From Eledone cirrhosa (taxonomy: Eukaryota): a stretch of 64,000 nucleotides of DNA. The notes beneath the pieces were generated by a model, which ran no database searches, was not told where the DNA came from, and saw nothing but the letters and a program-made list of their open reading frames with translations. The stretch's first letter is position 1. Each line of letters opens with the position of its first letter. A program made the position numbers and the translations under genes. This document shows, piece by piece, positions 13,172 to 25,292 of this stretch. The stretch is from assembly GCA_964016885.1 (NCBI GenBank), contig OZ024741.1, positions 195,424,001 to 195,488,000 of the forward strand, read 5' to 3'.

Positions 13172-14148
13172 TATTCGGTTGGAGCTATAGGACTGCATTA
13201 TTCGGTTGGAGCTATAGGACTGCATTATTCGGTTGGAGCTATAGGACTGCATATTCGGTTGGAGCTATAGGACTGCATATTCGGTTGGAGCTATAGGACT
13301 GCATTATTCGGTTGGAGCTATAGGACTGCATATTCGGTTGGAGCTATAGGACTGCATATTCGGTTGGAGCTATAGGACTGCATTATTCGGTTGGAGCTAT
13401 AGGACTGCATATTCGGTTGGAGCTATAGGACTGCATTATTCGGTTGGAGCTATAGGACTGCATATTCGGTTGGAGCTATAGGACTGCATATTCGGTTGGA
13501 GCTATAGGACTGCATATTCGGTTGGAGCTATAGGACTGCATATTCGGTTGGAGCTATAGGACTGCATTATTCGGTTGGAGCTATAGGACTGCATATTCGG
13601 TTGGAGCTATAGGACTGCATATTCGGTTGGAGCTATAGGACTGCATATTCGGTTGGAGCTATAGGACTGCATTATTCGGTTGGAGCTATAGGACTGCATT
13701 ATTCGGTTGGAGCTATAGGACTGCATATTCGGTTGGAGCTATAGGACTGCATATTCGGTTGGAGCTATAGGACTGCATTATTCGGTTGGAGCTATAGGAC
13801 TGCATATTCGGTTGGAGCTATAGGACTGCATTATTCGGTTGGAGCTATAGGACTGCATTATTCGGTTGGAGCTATAGGACTGCATATTCGGTTGGAGCTA
13901 TAGGACTGCATATTCGGTTGGAGCTATAGGACTGCATTATTCGGTTGGAGCTATAGGACTGCATATTCGGTTGGAGCTATAGGACTGCATATTCGGTTGG
14001 AGCTATAGGACTGCATATTCGGTTGGAGCTATAGGACTGCATATTCGGTTGGAGCTATAGGACTGCATTATTCGGTTGGAGCTATAGGACTGCATTATTC
14101 GGTTGGAGCTATAGGACTGCATTATTCGGTTGGAGCTATAGGACTGCA
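13146..14148. repeat. Tandem array of 38 x 26 bp (tattcggttggagctataggactgca) derived from the Dong ORF
   Basis: Unit equals 7323-7348. Counted by eye: 38 units, 15 of 37 junctions with an extra T, no substitutions seen. Confidence 0.95.
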
Positions 14149-14368
14149 CTTGCCTTGGTGGTCAGGGTCATTGTGGCTTTTTACTGGGCTTTCTCCACAA
14201 ATGTCCCTCCGAAGTCTGCCCCCTATTGGGGAATTTTTCATTGTTATTTTTTGTTACATCCTCTGTTTTTGTTTTTTACACGCAGAAATGCCCATTTGTA
14301 CCGTCCTGCATTGTCCTGCACTGTCCTTAATGTCTACTTTATGTAAACCCTTGTGGTTAAAAAAGAAA

Positions 14369-14415
<47 letters not shown>

Positions 14416-14672
14416 TGTCTGTAAATTAAAGGTGGCAAACTGGGAAAGGGCACTTACCCTGGTGGTCAGGGTTACTGTGGCCTTTTACTGGGCTTTCTCC
14501 ACAAATGTCTCTCCGAAGTCTCCCCCCTATTGGGGAATTTTTCATTGTTATATTTTGTTACATCCTCTGTTTTTGTTTTTTACACGCAGAAATGCCCATT
14601 TGTACCTTCCTGTATTGTCCTGTACTGTCCTTAATGTCTACTTTATGTAAACCCTTGTGGTTAATAAAGAAC

Positions 14673-14711
<39 letters not shown>
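14149..14711 (+). mobile_element. Two head-to-tail 3'-end fragments of the Tx1-like family, each with a (TTA)n tail
   Basis: 14149-14370 and about 14416-14673 match each other and the reverse complement of 2496-2900. Confidence 0.85.
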
Positions 14712-14712
<1 letters not shown>

Positions 14713-14912
14713 CACTATCTGTACAAATATGCAACTTAATATTCTGCATATCCGCAATTAACAATGATTATAATGCTGAAACCGGTATTGTAAATAAATT
14801 AATGTTTTGATATCTCACTGAAAAATCTCTTCAACATTTTCTACTGAAAGAATATTTTTCCTTTCTACTATTTGTTTTCATATATATCAACTCGTGTGCT
14901 ACTTTTCTACAT

Positions 14913-14943
<31 letters not shown>

Positions 14944-15213
14944 TCCTCTCTCATTCTCTCTTTCATTCCTCTCCTCACTTTCACCTTGTGCCTCTCTATA
15001 TAATATGAAATGAAATTGGCTGAAATATTTATCAGACAGTATAATAGATAATGAATCGTATTTCTATTAAATTTAAGCATGGTGGATTTCCCCTTTAGCC
15101 ATCCTGGATTTGAAAATACCAGTCAAATACTGAGGTCTAGTTAATCGACTATTTCCTCCCCTCATATGTAATCTTATGCCAATTTTAGAAATTTATAATT
15201 AATGAAGTAATAA

Positions 15214-15600
15214 GGACGGTGGATTGACCGAATCATAAGTGCATCGTTTGAAATAGATTTCAGTATTTCGTTCCGATTCTAAGTTCTGGTTTCAAATCCC
15301 GTCGAGATCAACTTTACTTTTCGTCCGTCTGGAGTCGATAAAATAAAGCACCAGTAAAGTACTGGGGTCGATTTAAACGACATTCCCCATCTTTCAAATT
15401 GCCGGCCTTGTTCCAAAATAAGAAATCATCAGGGCGGTAGATTGGCAGAATTTTGAGAGCGTCGGGAAAATGCTTTGCGACATTTGTTCCAACTCTTTAC
15501 ATTCTGTGTTCAAATCTCGCCGAGGTCAACTTTGCCTTTCATCTTTTCTAATCGATAAAATAAAATACCAATCATGCACTGGGATCAATGTAATTGATCA
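15214..15600 (+). mobile_element. Two tandem SINE copies (family A, Nin/Deu-type core)
   Basis: Box-B-like gttcaaatc and core gaggtcaactttgcctttcatcc..gtcgataaaataaagtacc, repeated more than 10 times in the window. Confidence 0.75.
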
Positions 15601-16019
15601 AGATTTTGATTGAATAAGTTATTATTCAGCCTATGTTATTGGTGTTGGACCTCCGTCATTTCCGACGACGAGTACTCCGAGTGATTTGATCAACGGAATT
15701 GTCTGCTCGTGGTATTAACAAGTAAGTAGCTAAGCATTTCACAGACACGTGTACCCTTAACGTAATTCTCGGGAAGATTCCGCAGGACACAATGTGTAAC
15801 ATGGTGCCATTTGGTCAAGGAATCAAACTCACAAACTAACGATCATTAACACAGCATCTTAACCCCAAAGCCACCAAAAACTGGCCTAAAACACACATAT
15901 TACTTTGGGGAGAGGGGTTGGGGTGACAGAATCGGTACAGCGCTTGAATCGCTTATACTCCACTCTATGAATATATATGGAGAGTAGGGTTGGAATCGAT
16001 CAGCTCAGGGACGCACTGA

Positions 16020-16660
16020 CCATATCCCAGGCGGATCCTTCTCCGCTTCACATTGGGCCCGATGTCGTGGAGTTTGTCAAATCTTTCGTTTACCTGGGCT
16101 CGATAGTCGTCAACAATGGCGACCTGTCCCCAGAGATCAACCGCAGATGTGGTCTGGCCGCCGGGCTCATGCACTCCATATGGAAGTCCCTATTGCACCA
16201 CTGCTCTATCTCCTAGTGTACGAAGCTCCATATCTACTACGCGTCGGTCCTCTTTGTTCTCTATGGAACAGAAACGTGGTCCTCTCAAAGAGCCTGGCCA
16301 AGAGGGTCGATGGCTTCGATAGCAGACAGAGCCCTGAGGACCATCGAAAACATCAGGTGGTACCACCACGTTTCCTCCCGCCTCTTAACCCCCCCCCCCC
16401 CCATGCGCAGGTATGGATATGTCCTCTGCCTCCCGCCAGATCATCCTACCATGGCCTTTCTCTCGTTCGATACAGCAGCTACAGGCTAGAAGAGGTCCCG
16501 CATCAGAAGGCTGGATATCATCAAGGAAGATCTCCAGAGGCTCGGCGTCACCTTGGAGGATGCTGAGAGGTTGGAACAGGACCTCCAGTTATGGAGGGCA
16601 CTGGTGGACCTGGGCCGCTCTACGCATGATGATGCCTCTAGGATCACTGACCTAGGATGA
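16020..16660 (+). mobile_element. Degraded RTE-clade LINE 3' fragment
   Basis: VEFVKSFVYLGS..DLSPEINRR, LYGTETW. Confidence 0.7.
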
Positions 16661-17109
16661 CCCAAATCCCATCGGGCAAGAGCAAAGAAGAAGAAGAAGG
16701 AGGAGGAGGAGGAGGGTTGGGATGGTAGAACTAGTAGAGCTTTTATTATGGTTGATTGTAAAGACTTTGCAATCAACCATAATATGTTACGTGAGTTTGT
16801 ATAGTTATAATCACCCCCGTTTGTGACTCTTTAAAATGTACACACACGATGCATTTCCTCTCTCGGTTATGTTGCTACAAGATAGTCATTTCCAATCACA
16901 AGGTTCTGGCTCCTAACCTTACATTTGTCATTGTAAATAGTTATTCCTCCGAAGTTACTGATACACTCAATCCTGTATGTCATTTGGACACATATGCTGA
17001 ACATTTATGTAATTAGATCCTAAAAAAAAAAAGAATTATTAAAATATTATTTTTACCTTTAATCACTTCCACGTGTGAGTAATCAACATAAACTGTTTGG
17101 TTTTATATA

Positions 17110-17268
17110 ATTGTTTCTTCATTTGGTACAAGGCCATCAATTTGAAGGGATGAGGAATGTCGAGTAAATTGACCCAGTGTGTTACTAGTACTTTATTTTA
17201 TCGACCCCGTACGGATGAAGGGCAAAGTTAACCGCAGCAGGATTTGAAATTAGAACGTAAAAGGCTAT
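17110..17268 (-). mobile_element. SINE family A copy
   Basis: tactttattttatcgaccccgtacggatgaagggcaaagttaacc is the reverse-complement core. Confidence 0.7.
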
Positions 17269-17493
17269 AGAAAGGATGGGAAGTTAAATGTTACCTATAT
17301 CTCTTTATAACTGCAAGTTAAAATCTTCTAAGGATCTTGTTTTTTTACAAACGTTATAAGAGAAATACCTTAGTCGGTGAGTTGGTTGCTTCTTATTTGT
17401 AGTAACATGCTTCTGACTTCCAGGATATAAATAAATATCTCTTTAACGCTCAATCCTCTATAAATATAATTAGGAATATAGTAGGAGTCATTC

Positions 17494-19323
17494 TGTAATA
17501 ATTGTTCACACTTCCGTAGTCATCTCCTGGTCTTCCGTGTACTGTGGTTTTTTTCACCAGAGAGAGAGAGTGACCATGTATTCATACGCAATTTACCATT
17601 GGTCTGTTTAACCTTATTGCATATGAAAATGTTGCTATTGCGAGGTACAAACGTAGTTCTACTACATCACCCTCTGCTTAGACTAGAAAGCAGTCGATAA
17701 AAATGAGGAGAAAATGTCTGCAAATGTAACATAAGTCATGCAAAGCAAATACAAAAATGAAGAAAAAAGAGAAAAAAAGAATAGTTCATATGTAAATTGT
17801 TTTACAAAGTTTCTTGGGCCAATGTACCTGACGACCACTACGAGTTGTCGTGATGTATGTTGAAGATAAAGGAGTGTTTGTATGTGATTGTGGTGTTTGT
17901 GGTGGTGTTTGTATTGACACATTGTAGGAGGGGGGAGTATGAGGCTCTGGTGTGAGAGCATCTGTGTAGGCCCGCTTTAGTCTGTCAATAGAGACTGTGT
18001 CTTTATGTCCATTAAAGTCAATGGTGAAATCTGTACGTGCAAGTACGCGATAGGGTCCAGAATAAGGCGGAGTGAGAAGACTTCTCACTGCGTCATTTCT
18101 GACAAAAACATGGGTCCACGAGGCAATGTCCCTCGGAACCGAAGATTTAATGGCTTGTTGCCTAGTGTTCATAGGAGGTAGGACTTGAAAATACGAACGC
18201 AAACGGGTCACATAGAGTGTAGGATCCTGAGTAGAAAGGTCAACTGGAGCAAGCATCTGCCCTGGCAAAGATAAAGTAGTGCCGTACAAAGGCTCGGCGT
18301 AAATCCAAGGTCCTCTTTAATTGAAGTACGGATACCGAGTAGTACTATGGGGAGGTAGTCTCTCCACTGTAGAGTATCCGGATAGGCACGCAATGCGGCC
18401 TTTAACTGGCGATGAAAATGCTCTACCATTCCATTCGATGCAGGATGGTAACTGATAGTCCTGATGCGTTGAGCGCCGATGATATTTGATAGATCTGTGA
18501 AAAGTTGAGATTCGAACTGCCTACCTTGGTCTGTAGTAATAGTGGTAGGAATTCCGTAGCGTGATATCCACCCTGAAACCAGGGCTCGCGCTACTGATTC
18601 AGCACTAAGAGGGGTGGATTTAGACCATCGGGTGAAACGGTCAATGCAGATCAGAATGTATGAACATCCACGACTGGCAGGCCAAGGTCCCACGATATCA
18701 ATGTGTATGTGGCAAAAACGTGCGTCAGGTGTGCTAAATGTGCCGAGAGGTGCGCGAATATGTTTATGCACCTTCGACTTCTGACAAGACAAACAGTAAC
18801 GTGACCAAGCAGTGATATCACGTCTCATATTCGGCCAGAAGAATCTAGCTGAAATGAGTTTAACTGTGGTGGAAATTCCAGCGTATGCCAGACTGTGTAG
18901 AGAGTCGAAAACTATTCGACGATGAGTCTCTGGTACCAGAGGGCGAGGTGAATCTGTCGCAGTAGCACACAGAATCTGAGAGTACGAAGTGGGTACAGGA
19001 AGGTATTTGAATTTGCAGGTTGCTAATTCAGTTGAAGAGAGATCTAGGGTGGGCTGTTCTGCAGCCATAAGATGCAAGTCAATATTCTCAGGTGCTGACA
19101 AGGAATAGATGGGTAGGCGAGATAAGGCATCCGCCGCTCTATTTTGTTCACCAGGTATAATTGTTCACACTTCCGTAGTCATCTCCTGGTCTCCCGCGTA
19201 CTGTAGTTTTTTCACCAGAGAGAGAGAGTGGCCATGTATTCATACGCAATTTACCATTGGTCTGTTTAACCTTATTGCATATGAAAATGTTGCTATTGCG
19301 AGGTACAACGTAGTTCCACTACA
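17494..19323 (-). mobile_element. Internally deleted Ty3/Gypsy LTR retrotransposon (integrase only)
   Basis: LTRs at 17494-17666 (TG..CA) and 19157-19323; purine-rich PPT at 17667-17679; no TSD found. Confidence 0.88.
17786..19150 (-). pseudogene. Gypsy integrase (zinc-binding, DDE, GPY/F), frameshifted
   Basis: NRAADALSR, CLSCQ, HIDIVGP, TTDQGRQFES, ASNGMVE, PYSGPYRV. Confidence 0.88.
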
Positions 19324-19439
19324 AGGCCATAATTATATGCCGCAAATCATGTTGTCTGACGCCTTACCGACACTGCTAAATTTTCCGGTTATACATCCTA
19401 TCCTCGGTCGTTTAGTGTGACATCCCACTAATTCCACGT

Positions 19440-19635
19440 GTCACTTCCATTCACCATGGTAATTCGTGGTGGTCTTGAGCTCCTCTACTCTCTCCATTTG
19501 TCTTATAGCAGTGTCCACATACCTGAGTTTTCTCCTTCCTCTACAGTTTCTTCCTTCACTTGGTTGCCAGAGCACTAACTTGTTTGCCATCACATTATTG
19601 TATCTAATGCACTGGCCTACGAATTCAATTATATA
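19440..19635 (-). mobile_element. RTE LINE 3' fragment
   Basis: FVGQCIR..KLVLWQPSEGRNCRGRRKLRYVD. Confidence 0.6.
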
Positions 19636-19686
19636 ATTGATCAGAAATCCGGTAATCTTGGACACCAAAAATTACTTTCAACGCCA

Positions 19687-19883
19687 GCAGACCTGCCAAC
19701 CTCTAAAAATACAAACGGGGAGTACCAAGAAGAAAGGTGCTCCAAAACGGGGAGAAATGAGGCAAAATGAGGAGATTTTACATGATGAAAGCTATACCCA
19801 TTTTCACAAGAGAAGACATCTCCCACCCTCCCCAAAGTGGGTGGGAGATCTCCCTGTCGGACAGGGAGAGTTGACAGATCTGC
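19687..19883. mobile_element. Candidate MITE
   Basis: Imperfect terminal inverted repeats gcagacctgccaacctct / agagttgacagatctgc; no clear TSD. Confidence 0.45.
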
Positions 19884-20329
19884 CCCAGTGCCGTTATTAT
19901 TGATCAAACTGATGCTCTAGTTGGATATAATACAATAATATCACATCAATAAAATACTTGGACACACAGATGTATGTGTGTGTGTGTTATAGACAAATAT
20001 AAAGGTATAAAATTGTATAAAAATATATAAATCATACAAAAATATCAATTATAAATATGGGTTATTTTGTTTTAAATTTAGAATAGATTAGATAAAATTA
20101 AAGCTATGAACGTGACAAGAGTCATTTTTTACCAGAAGAGATCGCTCTTGGGCTGGAGTAGATTTGTAAGGATGATGGAGTTGAATGTGTTTAAAAACAT
20201 TCTATTAGTCACGTGCCAAAGTTGGTGAGTATTTGTGAAGCACGTATTAGTCCTACATTTGGAGACTTAAGTGAACAAACACCAAAAACAAAAACAACTA
20301 GAATCTTTGTTGCACCTTTATCGTTGTTA

Positions 20330-20409
20330 TTACGGCAGTTGTTGTTGTTACTACAGCAACTAACTAATACTGTAGCTGTTGTTGTTACTATAGCAACTGA
20401 TACTGTAGC

Positions 20410-20440
<31 letters not shown>

Positions 20441-20680
20441 ACTACAGCAACTAATATTGCCGCTGTTGTTGTTGCTGTTATGATAGCAACTATTATTGCA
20501 TCTGCTGTTGTTATGTTGTCATAGCAACCATTACAACATCTATGGTTGTTATAGCAACTATTACAATATCTGTTGTTATAGCAACTATTACAATATCTGT
20601 TACTATAGCAACTATTACTACATCTGTTGTTATAGCTACTATTACTAATCTGTTGGTATAACTACTATTACTACATCTGC
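20330..20680. repeat. (TTG)n plus degenerate ~24-bp minisatellite (gttatagcaactattacaatatct)
   Basis: Direct reading. Confidence 0.8.
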
Positions 20681-21051
20681 TGAGATAAAGACTTTACCGT
20701 GAAAATGCAATAGTATATACAGAGTAATGTAAATGGCTGAAGATGAAATGCCACAAATATTGTTTGGCTATCACTAGCTTTTGCAGTCCATTCCAATCTG
20801 ATGTGGAGTAGCTATAATGCCTTAAGTCAACCTTTTTTTAGCTCTGCATTTGGTAGAAGTTGATGAGCTTCTGAGTGGGAAAATTTATTTTCTTTAGCAT
20901 CTTGAGAAGGTAAAATACTAGTGGACATTCTTTCAATTGATAGCTAAGTATTTTGGAGTATGTGAGATCATATAAGCAACTTATCATCATCATCATCATC
21001 ATCGGCATCACCACCACCAAGTAATCTAAAACAACTTTTAATTCTTAAAGC

Positions 21052-21406
21052 AGAAATGCAGCTATGTAAAGTTATTTCTATACTGTCTCAATCATTATTA
21101 GACTGCGATCATGCTGAGGCGCTGCTTTGATTTAGTCAATCTTATTTATTTTTAAGTCTGGTACATTTTTATCAATCTCTTTTTTAATTTCTTTCTATCT
21201 AAAATGGATGGTGCAACCTAAGAAATGCAGCTATGTAAAGTTATTTCTTTACTGTCTCAATCATTATTAGACTGCGATCATGCTGGGGCGCTGCTTTGAT
21301 TTAGTCAATCTTATTGATCCCAGTACTTATTTATTTTTAAGTCTGGTACATTTTTATCAATCTCTTTTTTAACTTCTTTCTTTCTAAAATGGATGCTGCA
21401 ACCTAA
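21052..21406. repeat. Tandem duplication of about 170-185 bp
   Basis: agaaatgcagctatgtaaag...gcaacctaa occurs twice; the first copy lacks about 15 bp. Confidence 0.9.
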
Positions 21407-21616
21407 TTAAATGTATTTTTAAATGTTTGTATTGTTTATAAATGTGAAATAAAACTATTTAAAGCTATTTTCAATGTTCAAATTAAAAATAGTCAGTTGA
21501 AAATATTTTTCGATTTTTAATGTTAAAAATTCCATTTACAATCAGTTTTCCAACTTTTCTATCCACAATAAATTAGCTTTGTGTTGAAACTAAAAATCTA
21601 TGAATAGTTATTTTGA

Positions 21617-22070
21617 AACTCCATTCACACGAAGAGTGCACTGTGAGGCTTCCTTGGGAGGAGTGTCTCAGTTTTCACGAGTGAAAACTGAGACACTCGT
21701 TCTTTCAAGGAAGCCTCACAGTGCACTCTACATGTGAATGGAGTTCCACTGAAGCAGGTGGAGGGGTTCAAGTATCTCGGGGCCGTGTTCACGAGTGATG
21801 AAAAGCATGAGGCTGAATTAAGTGCAAGAATTGCAGGAACTGGTGCAGTAATGCGCCAGCTTCAGCACTCGGTAATCAGAAAAAGGGAGGTAGGTGTATA
21901 AGGCAAACTCACTATCTTCAATTCAGTATTCGTGCCAACCCTTACCTAAGGTCATGAATCTTGGGTAATGACCAAAAGAATATGATTGCAAATACAAGCG
22001 GCTGATGGGTTTTGTGAGTAACGTTTCTTGATAGAGTAAGTAGCTCAGCGTGTTGCTCCAGGTAGAGCTA
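21617..22070 (+). mobile_element. RTE fragment with an inverted 5' duplication
   Basis: Hairpin 21617-21745; then TLHVNGVPLKQVEGFKYLG and GHESWVMT. Confidence 0.75.
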
Positions 22071-22739
22071 CTACTTCTCCAAATTGAGAGATCACAGCTC
22101 TGGTACTATGGGCATGTGGTTAGTATGTCTCATTTAAATCAGCTGTATCCAGCTAGAATTCTCTCACCTTTTTCTGTTCAAACTGGCCGCAACCAGTCAC
22201 TCATACCGATGTTAAGATATTGTTCTCAAAATAAATAATATAAAAATCTCGTAGATGTGATATTATGCGTGATATTACATGAGATAAAGCTTTTACTGTG
22301 AACATATAATAATATATATGGAGTTATGTAAGCATTCACCTTGTATTAAAGCTTCTACCTTAATGTCTTAATCTTACATGAAATGGCAGTTCTTTTTTAT
22401 AAAGGAAACAATCGATTCATATATATTATTTCTATTATCAAGTTTAAGGGATCTTTAGGAGTTTCTCAGTAATATTTGCGATTCATATCGTAAATTATCA
22501 AATTCAGTTATTCTTTATAAGTTTTTCGGTGATATTTTGTGTTTGTATTGTTGAAAAACGTTAGAGACGGCTGTTCAGTATAGCCGTATGACGGCTAGAA
22601 ATAGCAATCAAATCTCACTCAAGGTTACACACTAACCTCTTAAAAAAGAAAGACAAATTAAATAATATAGTGCTAGGTGTATGGTGGAAATTAGTGGGGG
22701 AAAAAAACTAAACAAAATCTGGTGAACCACAGATTAAAG

Positions 22740-23019
22740 CAGAGGTTCTCAAAGTGGGTGCTACCGCCCCATGGGGGTGGGGATGAGAAGGTGCAGGGGA
22801 TGCTGCGGCCTAAGGGAGCAGTATAGATAGATGATATAATAGTATATCAAATATCAAACGATGCATATTATATATAAATATAGTAAAATGGAAATATATA
22901 ATATTATATATTATATACAATTTGTGTGTAGGCAGGTCTTTCTGGAAATAGGGTTGAGGACGCTGAGAGTATTACGTGGCCGTAAGGGGGCGGTGGCCCA
23001 AAAGGTTTGAGAACCTCTG
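22740..23019. mobile_element. hAT-type MITE
   Basis: TIRs cagaggttctcaaa / tttgagaacctctg; 8-bp TSD gattaaag / ggttaaag (one mismatch). Confidence 0.88.
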
Positions 23020-23137
23020 GGTTAAAGCAACAAACATTTTACCAAAATCATATTTATAACACTTCTAAAATTAGGAGAGTACAGGACGAGTACCAGAAAG
23101 ATTAACACCACGTGACCTGCCTATACAAGCAATAATA

Positions 23138-23323
23138 ATTATTTCTACTTTTGGCACAAGGCCAGCAATTACCCCAGTGCATTACTGGTACTTTATTTTA
23201 TCGACTTCGTAAGGATGAAAGGCAAAGTTAACCTCGGCAGGATTTGAACTCAGTCCGTAAAGAGCCGTAACTCTATGCTGCAAAGCATGGCGCCCGAACC
23301 TCTACCGATATTGCCAATCATCC
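23138..23323 (-). mobile_element. SINE family A copy
   Basis: Near-complete match to 41190-41381 and 42421-42611. Confidence 0.85.
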
Positions 23324-23869
23324 AATAACATTGTTAAATATGACTTAGAAATGTATAAATGATGCAATACCAAGTACGGCGAAGAGAAAATCACTTTCAT
23401 AAATGATGAGATTGCTTTAACGATCCAAGTAAAATAACTCAGACGAAGGATTATTCGAGTTCGTTCCCTTGAATCGTTACGTGAATTGCTTTACCAATAT
23501 TTGTATTTTGTTATCGAGAAGCTATGTGACTATTAGACCTGTTAGAAATTGCAATTAAATCTTCTTCAAATAACACTTTACCTTCCAAGAAAGGATACAT
23601 TGGATAATATAGTCTTAGATGCTTTTGTCTAAAAAATAGTATGAAATAACCATAAGGACAAGCAAAATTTGGTAATACGTCAATGTTGTATGGCCGAGTA
23701 GCTAAGAAGTTAACTTTGCAGTCAAGAGATCCTTGATTCGATTCCACAACATTTTATCTTTGGCAAGTGTCTTTTATCATATCCATGGGTCAATTCAAAC
23801 CTTGTGGGTGAAATTGGGTAGACGAATTTTATTTATAAACCTATCGGAGGGTCTATGTTTGTATTACAG

Positions 23870-24110
23870 CGAGTCATGTCAGAAGCAACCGTTTCCAACT
23901 GATCCGGCTGGGTCCCCAAACGAGACCAACCAAGTTCATTGATGTTATCCAACCATCTTGTTCGGGGTCTACCCCTGGGTCTCCTGCCAGTTGGTTTTGC
24001 CTGTACAATCTGTCTAGCGATTCTTTCCTTAGACATTCTAACCACATGCCCATAGTATCGGAGCTCTACATGGAGTGACTCCCTGATCTCTGAGTTACGC
24101 ACTCTAACAA
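23870..24110 (-). mobile_element. RTE LINE 3' fragment
   Basis: LRYYGHVVRM..GRRPRGRPRTRWLD. Confidence 0.75.
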
Positions 24111-24239
24111 TATAACATATTTTCATTCTGAAAGAATTGCAAACGATTTGTAATGTTATTTAAAACATATTTGCTATGTTAAAAAAAAAATTTAAAAATA
24201 AAAAACAATATATCTTTACTCCAAACACCCTTCGGATTT

Positions 24240-24440
24240 CTCAAAGAATTTTTTTTTTCTGCCTCTGCCCACTCTCCTCTATTTTTCAATTTCTTCTTTA
24301 ATTTCTCATTCTATTTTTTAATGAAGGACTGGCGTCCGAAACGTTAAGATTCTTTTCCTATTATATCAAACGTAAATCTAATAATATATTTCTTCATTGT
24401 ACTGTGTCGTTTGCTTTGTTATTTCTGTTTACCTTTTACA
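24240..24440 (+). mobile_element. pLTR-like repeat with a degenerate hammerhead (same family at 36310-36497 and 47880-48030)
   Basis: ttaatga-a-ggac-tggc-gtcc-gaaa-cg-tt-aaga at about 24314-24349; downstream sequence shared with the other two copies. Confidence 0.6.
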
Positions 24441-24453
24441 CACACACACACGC

Positions 24454-24491
<38 letters not shown>

Positions 24492-24619
24492 TAATATATA
24501 TTAGAATATGTATATGTATATATATAGAGAGAAAGATTCGTGGAATAAATAACCCATATGTGACATTTCTTCCTTATATATATATTTTTTTTTTTTTTTT
24601 TTTAATTTCGAACTTTTAA

Positions 24620-25292
24620 GGTACGTAGTTGAATAATATCTGCCAAATGGAGTCTTTTCAAAGTTTCAATTTCCTCAACACACGTCCGTAATACTTTTAT
24701 TTTTGAATTGCTTTCAAAAATATTTTCGGTAAATTTATTGAACACCTCCCCTTCATCGATTTCAAGGGGAGAAAATTATTTTTTCCTCGTTTTTTCGTGT
24801 ACTATTAAGTAATCTAACTTCCAAGATGCTATCAATCGACTCCCCCGGTAAACGGAAACCCTGACCCTAAACTTAACCCTAACCCCGACCCTAACCCCAG
24901 CCCTAACCCTGGTGGGGAGTCGATTGCGAACATCTTGGAGGTCAGGTTAGTTGATAGCACACGAAAAAAAAAACGAAGAAAAAAAATTATTTCCCACCAA
25001 ACGCGATTGGGGTGCAGATCTGCGAAACACCTATTGTCTTTCCGCCCTCTTTCTCCCTCCTTTTTTTACAAATCAAGCCGTTTCCGAATGGTCCGGAAGT
25101 CATATTTGTTGATAATACGCGGAAAAAAAAAATCGCAGAAAAAACTCAGAGGAGGGAGTGTTTGAGGACTCTGCCCCACGACTCTCTCATGAATAAGTTG
25201 GCGAAGAAGATGTTTTAAACATTACAAGTGCAAAAAAAAAAAAAAAAAAAAAAAAGGGTGTCGAACAAAAATACCTTGTTGAATTACTTCTC
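24620..25292. mobile_element. Possible TTAA-flanked non-autonomous DNA transposon containing a telomere-repeat hairpin
   Basis: TTAA at 24616-19 and 25293-96; weak TIRs (11/17); internal inverted arms 24773-24846 and 24913-24992 around degenerate (CCCTAA)n. Confidence 0.45.

Noticed and set aside
13146-14148. CRISPR-like array
   Set aside because: No spacers and no cas genes; the unit is retrotransposon ORF sequence in eukaryotic DNA.
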